64,000 nucleotides of DNA from assembly GCA_029932605.1 (NCBI GenBank), contig JAOZPT010000001.1:32001-96000 (forward strand), in the 5' to 3' direction. The notes under the pieces are model-generated. The model did no database searches. It saw nothing but the letters and a program-made list of their open reading frames with translations, and was not told the DNA's origin. The stretch comes from Candidatus Zixiibacteriota bacterium (GTDB taxonomy: Bacteria > Zixibacteria > MSB-5A5 > UBA10806 > 4484-95). The stretch's first letter is position 1; each line of letters starts with the position of its first letter. The translations under genes were made by a program, and so were the position numbers. Shown here in pieces: positions 9,041-17,723 of the stretch.

Positions 9041-10729
9041 ATGGATTTAACAAAAATAAAAGCCCCGATCGGGACATCGATTACCTGCAAAAGCTGGCAG
9101 ACGGAGGGGGCATTAAGAATGTTATTAAACAACCTCGATTCTGAGGTTGGAGAAAACCCCAAGGAATTGGTTGTCTATGGTGGACGGGGCAAGGCCGCCC
9201 GAAATGTCGATTGTTTGAAGGCGATAATCAAGTCCTTAAGGGAGCTGGAATCGGATGAAACCCTTTTGGTTCAATCGGGCAAGCCGGTAGGTATCTTCAA
9301 GACTCATCCTTATTCGCCGCGAGTGCTTATCGCCAATAGCAATATGGTGCCGGCCTGGGCTACACCGGAGAAATTCCGTGAACTGGAGGAACTAGGCCTT
9401 ATCATGTTCGGTCAGATGACCGCTGGCTCGTGGATTTACATCGGCACCCAGGGGATTTTGCAGGGGACTTATGAGACATTTAACGCCGCCGGTCAGAAAC
9501 ATTATAATACCGACCTTGCCGGTAAATTTATACTTACCGGTGGCATGGGTGGAATGGGTGGCGCTCAACCGTTAGCGGCGACGATGAACAACGCCGTTAT
9601 TCTGGTGGTTGAGGTTGACCCTTCACGTATAAAGAAACGCCTCGATACCGGTTATTGCGATATCATGGAAACTGACCTTGATAAAGCCCTTGCCCGGATA
9701 GACAAAGCCAGATCGGCTAAACAGCCGTTGTCGGTGGGGCTTGTTGGCAATGCCGCCGATATCTTTCCTGAACTGTTGAAACGCAACATCGTCCCCGACT
9801 TGGTTACTGACCAGACCTCCGCCCATGATGAGCTAAACGGCTATATCCCCGCCGGTATAACGTTAGAGAAGGCACTGAAACTTCGACACAGCAACCCGGA
9901 TAAATATATCAAAATGGCTTATGAATCGATGGTTAAGCATACCGAGGCGATGGTTGGTTTCTCTAAGGCTGGCGCTCATGTTTTTGACTATGGCAATAAT
10001 CTCAGAGGACAGGCCTACAAGGCCGGTTATAAAGATGCGTTTGCATACCCCGGTTTTGTGCCGGCATATATCAGGCCACTTTTCTGCGAGGGTAGAGGCC
10101 CATTTCGCTGGGCGGCTCTATCGGGCGACCCTGAGGATATCGCGGTAACCGATGAAATGGTGCTGAAGATGTTTTCTTATAATGAGCCGTTGGTGCGGTG
10201 GATCGAGATGGCACAAAAGAAAGTTCATTTCCAGGGTCTGCCAGCTCGTATCTGCTGGCTGGGTTATGGTGAGCGCGATAAGATGGGGCTTGAGATAAAC
10301 CGCTATGTAAGAGAGGGCAAGCTTAAAGCTCCGATTGTCATCGGCCGCGACCATTTAGATAGCGGTTCGGTTGCCTCGCCATATCGCGAGACCGAGGGCA
10401 TGAAAGACGGCTCTGACTGTATAGCCGACTGGCCGGTTTTAAACGCCCTGTTGAACACAGCCAGCGGAGCCTCATGGGTGAGTTTCCATCACGGCGGCGG
10501 TGTTGGCATAGGTAATTCACTTCATGCCGGACAGGTATTAGTCTGTGACGGCACACCGGAGATGGATATCCGTATCGAGCGGGTGCTAACCAACGACCCG
10601 AGTATCGGAATAGCTCGCCATGTCGACGCCGGCTATGATGAGGCAGTCAAAGTGGCAGATGAAAAGAATGTGAAGATACCGATGAGGATGTATAGGGAGT
10701 TTGTTGAATCGGATAATAACTTAGTGTAA
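9041..10729 (+). CDS. hutU: Urocanate hydratase
   Basis: [49 protein letters not shown] and HHGGGVGIG motifs; GGAGG SD before ATG 9041. Confidence 0.96.
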   Translation: MDLTKIKAPIGTSITCKSWQTEGALRMLLNNLDSEVGENPKELVVYGGRGKAARNVDCLKAIIKSLRELESDETLLVQSGKPVGIFKTHPYSPRVLIANSNMVPAWATPEKFRELEELGLIMFGQMTAGSWIYIGTQGILQGTYETFNAAGQKHYNTDLAGKFILTGGMGGMGGAQPLAATMNNAVILVVEVDPSRIKKRLDTGYCDIMETDLDKALARIDKARSAKQPLSVGLVGNAADIFPELLKRNIVPDLVTDQTSAHDELNGYIPAGITLEKALKLRHSNPDKYIKMAYESMVKHTEAMVGFSKAGAHVFDYGNNLRGQAYKAGYKDAFAYPGFVPAYIRPLFCEGRGPFRWAALSGDPEDIAVTDEMVLKMFSYNEPLVRWIEMAQKKVHFQGLPARICWLGYGERDKMGLEINRYVREGKLKAPIVIGRDHLDSGSVASPYRETEGMKDGSDCIADWPVLNALLNTASGASWVSFHHGGGVGIGNSLHAGQVLVCDGTPEMDIRIERVLTNDPSIGIARHVDAGYDEAVKVADEKNVKIPMRMYREFVESDNNLV

Positions 10730-10794
10730 GGGTATACTGATTATACACTTTAATGTGGGAATCCAATAACATGGATAAATAAAAGAGCAGTAAC

Positions 10795-11316
10795 TTGACA
10801 AAATCAACCACCGCTAAGGCATTGATACCAATCGAGATTATAGAACGGAAGATATTCCTCCTCCGCAGGCAAAAAGTTATGATTGATAAAGACTTGGCTG
10901 AACTTTATGGTGTAACAACCGGAAACCTTAACAAAGCAGTAAGCAGAAACATTGATCGATTCCCTGAGGACTTTATGTTTCAATTAACAAAGGTTGAGTT
11001 TGAAAACTTGAAATTCCATTTTGGAATATCAAGTTGGGGTGGTACTCGAAGGTTACCCAGAGCATTTACTGAGCAAGGTGTAGCTATGCTCTCCAGTGTG
11101 CTAAGAAGTAAACGGGCTGTTCAGGTTAACATTCAAATAATGAGGACTTTTGTTAAACTCCGGGAATTAATATCATCACATACGCAATTGGCTAAGAAGG
11201 TACAAGCTTTGGAAAAGAGATACAACTCCCAGTTCAAAGTTGTGTTTGATGCTATTCACAAATTGATTGAATCGCCCAAAAAGGATAAAAGACGTATTGG
11301 CTTTTACAGAAAGTAG
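10795..11316 (+). CDS. ORF6N domain DNA-binding protein
   Basis: VMIDKDLAELYGV, RNIDRFPEDFMFQLT, AFTEQGVAMLSSVL and C-terminal RRIGF. Confidence 0.88.
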   Translation: MTKSTTAKALIPIEIIERKIFLLRRQKVMIDKDLAELYGVTTGNLNKAVSRNIDRFPEDFMFQLTKVEFENLKFHFGISSWGGTRRLPRAFTEQGVAMLSSVLRSKRAVQVNIQIMRTFVKLRELISSHTQLAKKVQALEKRYNSQFKVVFDAIHKLIESPKKDKRRIGFYRK

Positions 11317-12018
11317 GTCAAAACCCCTGCGGTTTTGACATATATTATGAGATAATAGCCAATAGCACAAGGCTCGTGGCCTACGGCTCTACTAATAGCT
11401 ATTACAAAATATGGCATGTATTTTTTATTCTTTTAACTTTTCCTCAAATTCCGTAAAATAATTGTTTATAACCCTTAAATTAAATTTCGAAGGTACGGTA
11501 GGACAGACTTTTAGTCTGTCCGGTCAGACAGGAATGTCTGACCTACCAGCAATCTTGAATTTGGAGTTGTTGAGGTTTTCGTTTCACTCAGACACCGACC
11601 TACGATTACCCTCAACGATTCTGGACAGCATTTTTTGCTGACCCTACATGAATCTACACTTTTATATGATAATAGCCAATAGCACAAGGCTCGTGGCCTA
11701 CGGCTCTACTAATAGCTATTACAAAATATGGCATGTATTTTTTATTCTTTTAACTTTTCCTCAAATTCCGTAAAATAATTGTTTATAACCCTTAAATTAA
11801 ATTTCGAAGGTACGGTAGGACAGACTTTTAGTCTGTCCGGTCAGACAGGAATGTCTGACCTACCAGCAATCTTGAATTTGGAGTTGTTGAGGTTTTCGTT
11901 TCACTCAGACACCGACCTACGATTACCCTCAACGATTCTGGACAGCATTTTTTGCTGACCCTACATAAATCTACACTTTTATATGATAATAGTCAAGAGC
12001 ACAAGGCTCGTGGCCTAC
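11313..12018. repeat. Cluster of about 12 GTAG-type REP hairpins (BIME/REPIN-like) filling the spacer between convergent genes
   Basis: GTAG + stem-loop units at 11313-11339 (+), 11358-11384 (-), 11498-11521 (+), 11522-11546 (-), ~11569-11603 (-, degenerate) and 11623-11647 (-); the last five recur at +317; final unit at 11992-12018 (-). Confidence 0.8.
11351..12018. repeat. 317-bp tandem direct duplication (2 full copies + 34-bp partial)
   Basis: Copies 11351-11667 and 11668-11984 differ at one base by eye (G11650 vs A11967); partial third copy at 11985-12018. Confidence 0.93.
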
Positions 12019-12441
12019 TTATTGTTCCACTTTTACTGGTTTATAAATTGCGCCGACGATCAGCCCAAGAATGATCATTTCTATCATTCCGAATAATATC
12101 CATAGCCAGAGCAATGCTCCAGGAATAGGAAATATTGGCCAGCACATAAAGGAGCCAACCACTATATAGAACAGGCCTATATAGATACCATAGCGGAATC
12201 CTTCAATGACCCCTTTGCCTTTAACACCGTAAGTATATATCCATACGAATAACAAGGTGAAAAAGAAGGCGCCGATATAATAAGCCCACATTTTCGAGTT
12301 CATATCCGCTTCGCTGCGAAGTAGCGTGCCGGTGAGGGGTTTGTAAATTTCGCCAAGTATCAACACATGTATGATTAAATCCATCACGAACAAAGCTACA
12401 AAGCCTACGATTACGGCATTGATGAATCTTTTCCAATTCAT
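12019..12441 (-). CDS. Hypothetical 4-TM membrane protein (DUF1761-like)
   Basis: 140 aa, four hydrophobic segments, EGFRYG motif; AGGAG SD. Confidence 0.7.
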   Translation of the reverse strand: MNWKRFINAVIVGFVALFVMDLIIHVLILGEIYKPLTGTLLRSEADMNSKMWAYYIGAFFFTLLFVWIYTYGVKGKGVIEGFRYGIYIGLFYIVVGSFMCWPIFPIPGALLWLWILFGMIEMIILGLIVGAIYKPVKVEQ

Positions 12442-12574
12442 TTTTCTCTCCTAAATGTTTGATTTTTTCTGTCTGATTGTGGGAGTTTTTGCAGGGATTT
12501 TCAAGCGAAATTTTCGATATTTTCAGAGGATATTATACCGCCATGAATTAATATGCGGATTTAGATTTGTTCGT

Positions 12575-14176
12575 TTATAAAAGGTATTTCCTTGGGTCAG
12601 CAATAGCGCCCTCAAGGGCAGAGGCAGCCGCGGTAGCTGGAGAAGATAGATAAACTTCCGGATTCTTTGAGTTGGTTTGCCGGATTAAATCACAGCTGTT
12701 GGTAGTAAGGATTCTTTCATCTGCAGCAAGCATATCCTTGTGAGCTCCCGCACATGAGCCGCAACCCGGACTTAACATGACACACCCCGACCCAACTAAA
12801 GAACGGATATAACCTTTATCGATTGCGGCAAGATATGTTTTGCGGGAAGCGGGTACGATTATCATCCGGGTGTCGCGGTGGATACGTCTTCCCCGGAGTA
12901 TGGAGACAACCATTTCCAGGTCATCTAAACGACCACTTGAACATCCGCATAATACAATCTGGTCTATTTTCTTACCCGCTACATCTTCCACCGGTTTAAC
13001 ACAATGCTTTTTATTCAGACATGCGACCTGAGGTGTGAGATATGAGACATCTATTTCGATTTCGTTTTCGTATTTGGCATTGATGTCAGGAGCAATTGGA
13101 GAGAATCTTTCTTTGGTAATTTTTTTTAAGTATCTTTGAGATACATCATCAAAGGGAATTATGGCTGATTTTGCCCCGATTTCCAAGGAGGAACTGGTTA
13201 AAATAAGTCTTTGTGGCACCGTCATTGTGGAGACCGCATCACCATAGAATTCCAGCGCCTTATAATTTATATCCTCAAAATGAAGGTCTCGGGATAATTT
13301 AAGGATGATATCTTTTGCGAATACACCCCGGGTGGGTAAACCGTTTATAACCACCTTGATAGTTTTGGGTACTTTCAGCCAGATTCTGCCCGAGGCCCAT
13401 ACTACCGCCATATCCAGTGGGCTTATACAGGTTGAGAAAGCACCAATACTTCCGTGGGATGTGGCTTGGTTATCGGTTGCCACAATCAGGCGGCTGGGAA
13501 GTATTAATCCCTCTTCGAGGGTAATCTGGTATGGTATTCCCCAACCGATATCGTAAAATTTTTCTATTCTTTGTTTTTTAACAAATTTGCGGATTCTTTT
13601 GTGGACATCGGCAATCTTCCCAAATTCATTTTGTGTCCAGTCATTCAAAATTATAGTGATTTTTGAATTGTCCCACACTTTGGGAAAGCCTGTCAGTTTA
13701 AACTGTTTTATAATTTGTTCGGTATCGTCAACTGATACAGCTAGGTCGGGTCGGACGCTTATGACCTGACCCTCTTCTACTGATTTCAGCCCGGACTTTT
13801 TTGCCAGTAATTTTTTGATAAATGTTTCTCTTCGGGAATCTCTGCTTTTCCTGTAGGTTCCTCTTAAGTCCAGTTCAAGTTGTTCCATTTTCAGTTGAAC
13901 CGGTTTTTTCTTGATGCCGTATTTGATGCGCCATTGGCGGAAGCCGGGACCGGATATCCCCAGCTCTGCTCCGGCTAATCTATCATCACCATAGCGTTCC
14001 CAGAGTTCTATTATTTTCTCATGTGAATATTTTGAGAAGCTGTATTGTCCGATATTTTTCTTCGAGCGCCAGTATGCGACCAAACGGCTGGGCACTCCAT
14101 AGACCTCTGCAATTTTCTTGTCGGTTCGGTATTTCTTTTGAAGCTCTAAGAGCTCTTTTTTCTTGGGTATTTTCAC
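12575..14176 (-). CDS. Aconitase/3-isopropylmalate dehydratase large-subunit-like protein with two N-terminal HTH-like repeats and a degenerate active site
   Basis: LeuC/HacA scaffold (WLKVPKTIKV, GVFAKDIIL, YKALEFYG, EIGAK, YLSSPATAAASALEGAIADPR); Cys motifs LCGCSSGR and PGCGSC; about 110 extra N-terminal residues. Confidence 0.85.
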   Translation of the reverse strand: MKIPKKKELLELQKKYRTDKKIAEVYGVPSRLVAYWRSKKNIGQYSFSKYSHEKIIELWERYGDDRLAGAELGISGPGFRQWRIKYGIKKKPVQLKMEQLELDLRGTYRKSRDSRRETFIKKLLAKKSGLKSVEEGQVISVRPDLAVSVDDTEQIIKQFKLTGFPKVWDNSKITIILNDWTQNEFGKIADVHKRIRKFVKKQRIEKFYDIGWGIPYQITLEEGLILPSRLIVATDNQATSHGSIGAFSTCISPLDMAVVWASGRIWLKVPKTIKVVINGLPTRGVFAKDIILKLSRDLHFEDINYKALEFYGDAVSTMTVPQRLILTSSSLEIGAKSAIIPFDDVSQRYLKKITKERFSPIAPDINAKYENEIEIDVSYLTPQVACLNKKHCVKPVEDVAGKKIDQIVLCGCSSGRLDDLEMVVSILRGRRIHRDTRMIIVPASRKTYLAAIDKGYIRSLVGSGCVMLSPGCGSCAGAHKDMLAADERILTTNSCDLIRQTNSKNPEVYLSSPATAAASALEGAIADPRKYLL

Positions 14177-14194
14177 TTTTTTTGGTGTTTATCT

Positions 14195-14680
14195 TTACTG
14201 GAGTTTTTTTAGATGTTTTTTTAAAGAGTCGTATATATCCAGTAAAGCAAGCGATTGGACTTTTGTTAACCCCACAACTGGCATAAAATTGGTGTCTCCC
14301 TGGAAACGTGGTACAACATGTATATGCAGATGGTCAGTGATGCTTGAACCGGCCACCTCGCCGATATTGATACCGATATTTAAGCCGTCAGCCGGCATGG
14401 CGATATTGAGAAGTTTTGAGCTGAGAATCATGAGTCTAAACATCTCTGTATATTCAGCTTTAGTCAATTTATCAAGGTTGGATTTATGTTTATTGGGAGC
14501 TATCATTAAATGCCCACTGTTATAAGGGTAGCGGTTTAAAATGATAAAAGCATTTTTACCCCTGTATAAGATCAGATTTTGCCGGTCTCTTTTTTGTTTT
14601 AACCGACTGCAAAATATACATTCTTTTTCTTTTGAGCCAATAATATATTCAGCACGCCAGGGTGCCCAGAGCTCTTCCAT
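14195..14680 (-). CDS. HIT family hydrolase (Ap4A phosphorylase/Fhit-like)
   Basis: LWAPWR, CIFC, LNRYPYNSGHLM and HLHIHVVPR; start at ATG 14680. Confidence 0.9.
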   Translation of the reverse strand: MEELWAPWRAEYIIGSKEKECIFCSRLKQKRDRQNLILYRGKNAFIILNRYPYNSGHLMIAPNKHKSNLDKLTKAEYTEMFRLMILSSKLLNIAMPADGLNIGINIGEVAGSSITDHLHIHVVPRFQGDTNFMPVVGLTKVQSLALLDIYDSLKKHLKKLQ

Positions 14681-14715
14681 GTTATACAAGTTAAATAGAA
14701 TGATTTTAAAATCAA
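14681..14715 (-). promoter_or_regulatory. Putative sigma70 promoter, probably leaderless, for the HIT and aconitase-like genes
   Basis: TTGATT-N16-TAACTT-N7-ATG; no SD. Confidence 0.45.
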
Positions 14716-14831
14716 GAATTTTTTGAGAATTATTATTTCTTGTGAGAAGAATTGACAAAAAGTTGACATCCGATTTATTATAATAATATATTAATGTCAG
14801 ATGACTACTCCCCGATAGAATACAGAAGAAC

Positions 14832-14860
14832 TTGACATGGTAAAAGACAATGGTTATTTT
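14832..14860 (+). promoter_or_regulatory. Putative sigma70 promoter of valS
   Basis: TTGACA-N17-TATTTT. Confidence 0.5.
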
Positions 14861-14884
14861 GTTTTTTTATTGAAGGATTAAATT

Positions 14885-17560
14885 ATGACTGAGATTGCGA
14901 AAGCTTATAACCCCAAACTTGTAGAGGATGCCATTTATCAAAGATGGCTTAAAATGGGCATATTTCATGCCCGCCTTGATTCTGATAAGAAACCTTATTC
15001 AATTGTCATCCCCCCACCCAATGTAACCGATGTTTTACATTTGGGACATGCCTTAAACAATACTCTTCAGGATATAATGATACGCTGGAAGAGGATGCAG
15101 GGTTACGAGGTAGAGTGGCTTCCAGGTGTTGACCATGCCGGTATCGCCACCCAGGTTGTAGTGGAAAAAACCCTTGTGCGCGAGGGGCGTTCACGGCATG
15201 ATATTGGCCGTGAGAAGTTTGTTCGGAGAATCTGGAAATGGAAAGAGGAAAAGTTTAACATCATCATAAGACAGCTCCAGAAAATAGGTTGTAGTTGTGA
15301 TTGGGACCGTATTCGTTTTACTATGGATAAGCAACTTTCACGAGCCGTTATCGAGGTGTTTTGCAGGCTTTATGAAAAAGGCTTGATATATCGCGGCGAG
15401 AGGATAGTTAATTGGTGTCCCGAATGCCTAACCACTCTTTCTGACGATGAGGTTGAAAGGGAGGAGGTTGATTCGTTCCTCTGGTACATTAGATATAAAC
15501 TCAAAGGTTCAGATGAGTTTTTAACTGTTGCTACCACACGTCCGGAAACAATGCTTGGCGATACCGCAATTGCGGTTAACCCTGATGATGGGCGTTTTAA
15601 AAGATATATCGGAAAATCAGCAATATTGCCATTTCTCGACCGTGAATTGCCAATAATAGCTGATGATTACGTTGATCCGGAGTTTGGCACAGGCGTACTG
15701 AAGATTACACCTGCTCATGATGCTAATGATTTTGAGGTTGGTATACGCCATAACCTGGATAGAATTAATATCTTAAATAAAAATGGCACACTCAATGAAA
15801 ATGCTGGGAAATTCGCAGGGCTGGACAGGTATGAAGCCCGTAAGAAGATAGTTGAGGAGCTTAAACAGAAAGGTCATCTGGAAAAGATTGAGAACTATTC
15901 TTTGATATCTGGTTCTTGTTATCGTTGTCATTCAGTTGTTGAACCCTATCTTTCCAAGCAATGGTTTGTGAAGATGAAGCCATTGGTTAAGCCGGCCATA
16001 GAATCGGTCAAGTCGGGAAGGATCAAATTTCATCCGGAGCATTGGGTTAAAACGTATCTTCATTGGATGGAGAACGTACGTGATTGGTGCATCTCGCGCC
16101 AACTCTGGTGGGGACATCGTATTCCGGTGTATTATTGTAATGACTGCAACGAGATTATAGTTGAGCGAGAAAAACCGAGGGAATGTTCAAGATGTAAGAG
16201 TAAAAATATCGTCCAAGATGAGGATGTATTGGACACTTGGTTTTCCTCATGGTTATGGCCATTTTCAACTTTTGGCTGGCCGGAGAAGACAGCTGAACTG
16301 GATAAGTTTTTCCCGACAAATGCCTTATTTACTGCAAATGAAATTATATATTTATGGGTTGCCCGGATGGTGATGGCCTCACTTGAGTTTATGGGTAAGG
16401 AACCGTTCTATGATGTATATATTCATGGCACCGTGCGAGATGCTGATGGTATCAAGATGTCCAAATCACTTGGTAATGGAATTGATCCATTGGAAATTAT
16501 CGATAAATTTGGAGCTGATGCTTTGAGGGCTTCGTTGATTCTGACCACTCCTGAGGGGCAGGACCCATCCATATCAGAAAGAACTTTCGAGATAGGACGT
16601 AATTTCGCTAACAAGCTCTGGAGTGCCTCAAGGTTTGTAAGGCTTAATATTGGCGATTTTAAGCTTACTAAAGATATTAATGTTAATGCTAATTATCTGG
16701 AGATGTCTGATAGATGGATACTCTCACGTTTAGCTAAAACTATTGGCCAGATAAATAATTATCTTTCGGGATTTCGTTTTTGCACTGCTGCCAAAGCTGT
16801 TTATGATTTTACCTGGAACGACTATTGCAGTAATTACTTAGAGATGATTAAGCCACGGTTGGCTGCCGAGAGCAATGATAAAAATCCTCAATTGCAAAGA
16901 TCGAAAATGGCGGCGCGTCTGTGCTCAGGTTTTACCCTTCTGCAGATATTGAAAATCCTTCACCCCTTTATGCCGTTTGTCACATGTGAGATCTGGATGT
17001 TGTTATTAGGTGATGATAAGGCCGGAACGATCTCAATCGAGAACTGGCCTGAACCGCAGTTGAAATTCATTGATGATAACCTTGAAAAAGAGATGGAGAA
17101 AGTGATAAGGCTGGCCGAAGCTGTGAGAACGGCCTGTGCCGAGCTTAACGTTCCCCCCTCGAAAAAACCGCATATATTGATTAAGTGTGAGGATGGTAAA
17201 CTGGCTGATATATTTAATGCTCACCGACAGGAGATAAAAAATCTGGCTCGTTCGGGTGATGTAAGGGCAAATATCGACATTGCCAAACCACCGCTGTCTG
17301 CTTCAGCTGTTATACCCGGGGCAGAGGTATATATACCACTTGAGGGACTTATCGATATCGAACAGGAAAAGGTTCGCCTTGAAAAACAAATTGAGGAGAA
17401 ACGGATTTATTACGAGAAGCTCACCAAGAAGCTAAACAATAAGGATTTTACAGAACGTGCTCCATCTGAGGTAGTTGAGGCGGAGAAGGCTAAATTATTA
17501 AAAACTGAGAAGCTGATCGAGAAACTCAATAAAAACCTCGAATCGCTGGCAGGGTGGTAA
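14885..17560 (+). CDS. valS: Valine--tRNA ligase
   Basis: PPPNVT..LHLGH (HIGH), DHAGIATQ, DWCISRQLWWGHRIP, KMSKS and C-terminal coiled coil. Confidence 0.97.
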   Translation: MTEIAKAYNPKLVEDAIYQRWLKMGIFHARLDSDKKPYSIVIPPPNVTDVLHLGHALNNTLQDIMIRWKRMQGYEVEWLPGVDHAGIATQVVVEKTLVREGRSRHDIGREKFVRRIWKWKEEKFNIIIRQLQKIGCSCDWDRIRFTMDKQLSRAVIEVFCRLYEKGLIYRGERIVNWCPECLTTLSDDEVEREEVDSFLWYIRYKLKGSDEFLTVATTRPETMLGDTAIAVNPDDGRFKRYIGKSAILPFLDRELPIIADDYVDPEFGTGVLKITPAHDANDFEVGIRHNLDRINILNKNGTLNENAGKFAGLDRYEARKKIVEELKQKGHLEKIENYSLISGSCYRCHSVVEPYLSKQWFVKMKPLVKPAIESVKSGRIKFHPEHWVKTYLHWMENVRDWCISRQLWWGHRIPVYYCNDCNEIIVEREKPRECSRCKSKNIVQDEDVLDTWFSSWLWPFSTFGWPEKTAELDKFFPTNALFTANEIIYLWVARMVMASLEFMGKEPFYDVYIHGTVRDADGIKMSKSLGNGIDPLEIIDKFGADALRASLILTTPEGQDPSISERTFEIGRNFANKLWSASRFVRLNIGDFKLTKDINVNANYLEMSDRWILSRLAKTIGQINNYLSGFRFCTAAKAVYDFTWNDYCSNYLEMIKPRLAAESNDKNPQLQRSKMAARLCSGFTLLQILKILHPFMPFVTCEIWMLLLGDDKAGTISIENWPEPQLKFIDDNLEKEMEKVIRLAEAVRTACAELNVPPSKKPHILIKCEDGKLADIFNAHRQEIKNLARSGDVRANIDIAKPPLSASAVIPGAEVYIPLEGLIDIEQEKVRLEKQIEEKRIYYEKLTKKLNNKDFTERAPSEVVEAEKAKLLKTEKLIEKLNKNLESLAGW

Positions 17561-17623
17561 AAGTTTTGCTGTTTTAGCCATTACTTTAAGAACACAACTG
17601 AAATATCGCATAAATTATTTCCC

Positions 17624-17698
17624 TTGCATTTGAAATTCGTTTAAAATAAAATTTCTTAAAGAATATTATTTGACTCCTAAGCGTATCATCTATAAATT
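17624..17698 (+). promoter_or_regulatory. Two tandem putative sigma70 promoters upstream of the DUF4139 gene
   Basis: TTGCAT-N17-TAAAAT (17624-17652) and TTGACT-N17-TAAATT (17670-17698). Confidence 0.5.
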
Positions 17699-17723
17699 GA
17701 AAGATTTAAAAGAGGAGGAAAAG

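Noticed and set aside
10795..11316. Prophage or integrated element around ORF6N
   Set aside because: No integrase, structural genes or att-like repeats; solitary ORF6N genes are common in chromosomes.
11351..12018. CRISPR array
   Set aside because: The sequence between the 34-bp repeats is about 283 bp and essentially identical between units, so there are no unique spacers; no cas genes nearby.
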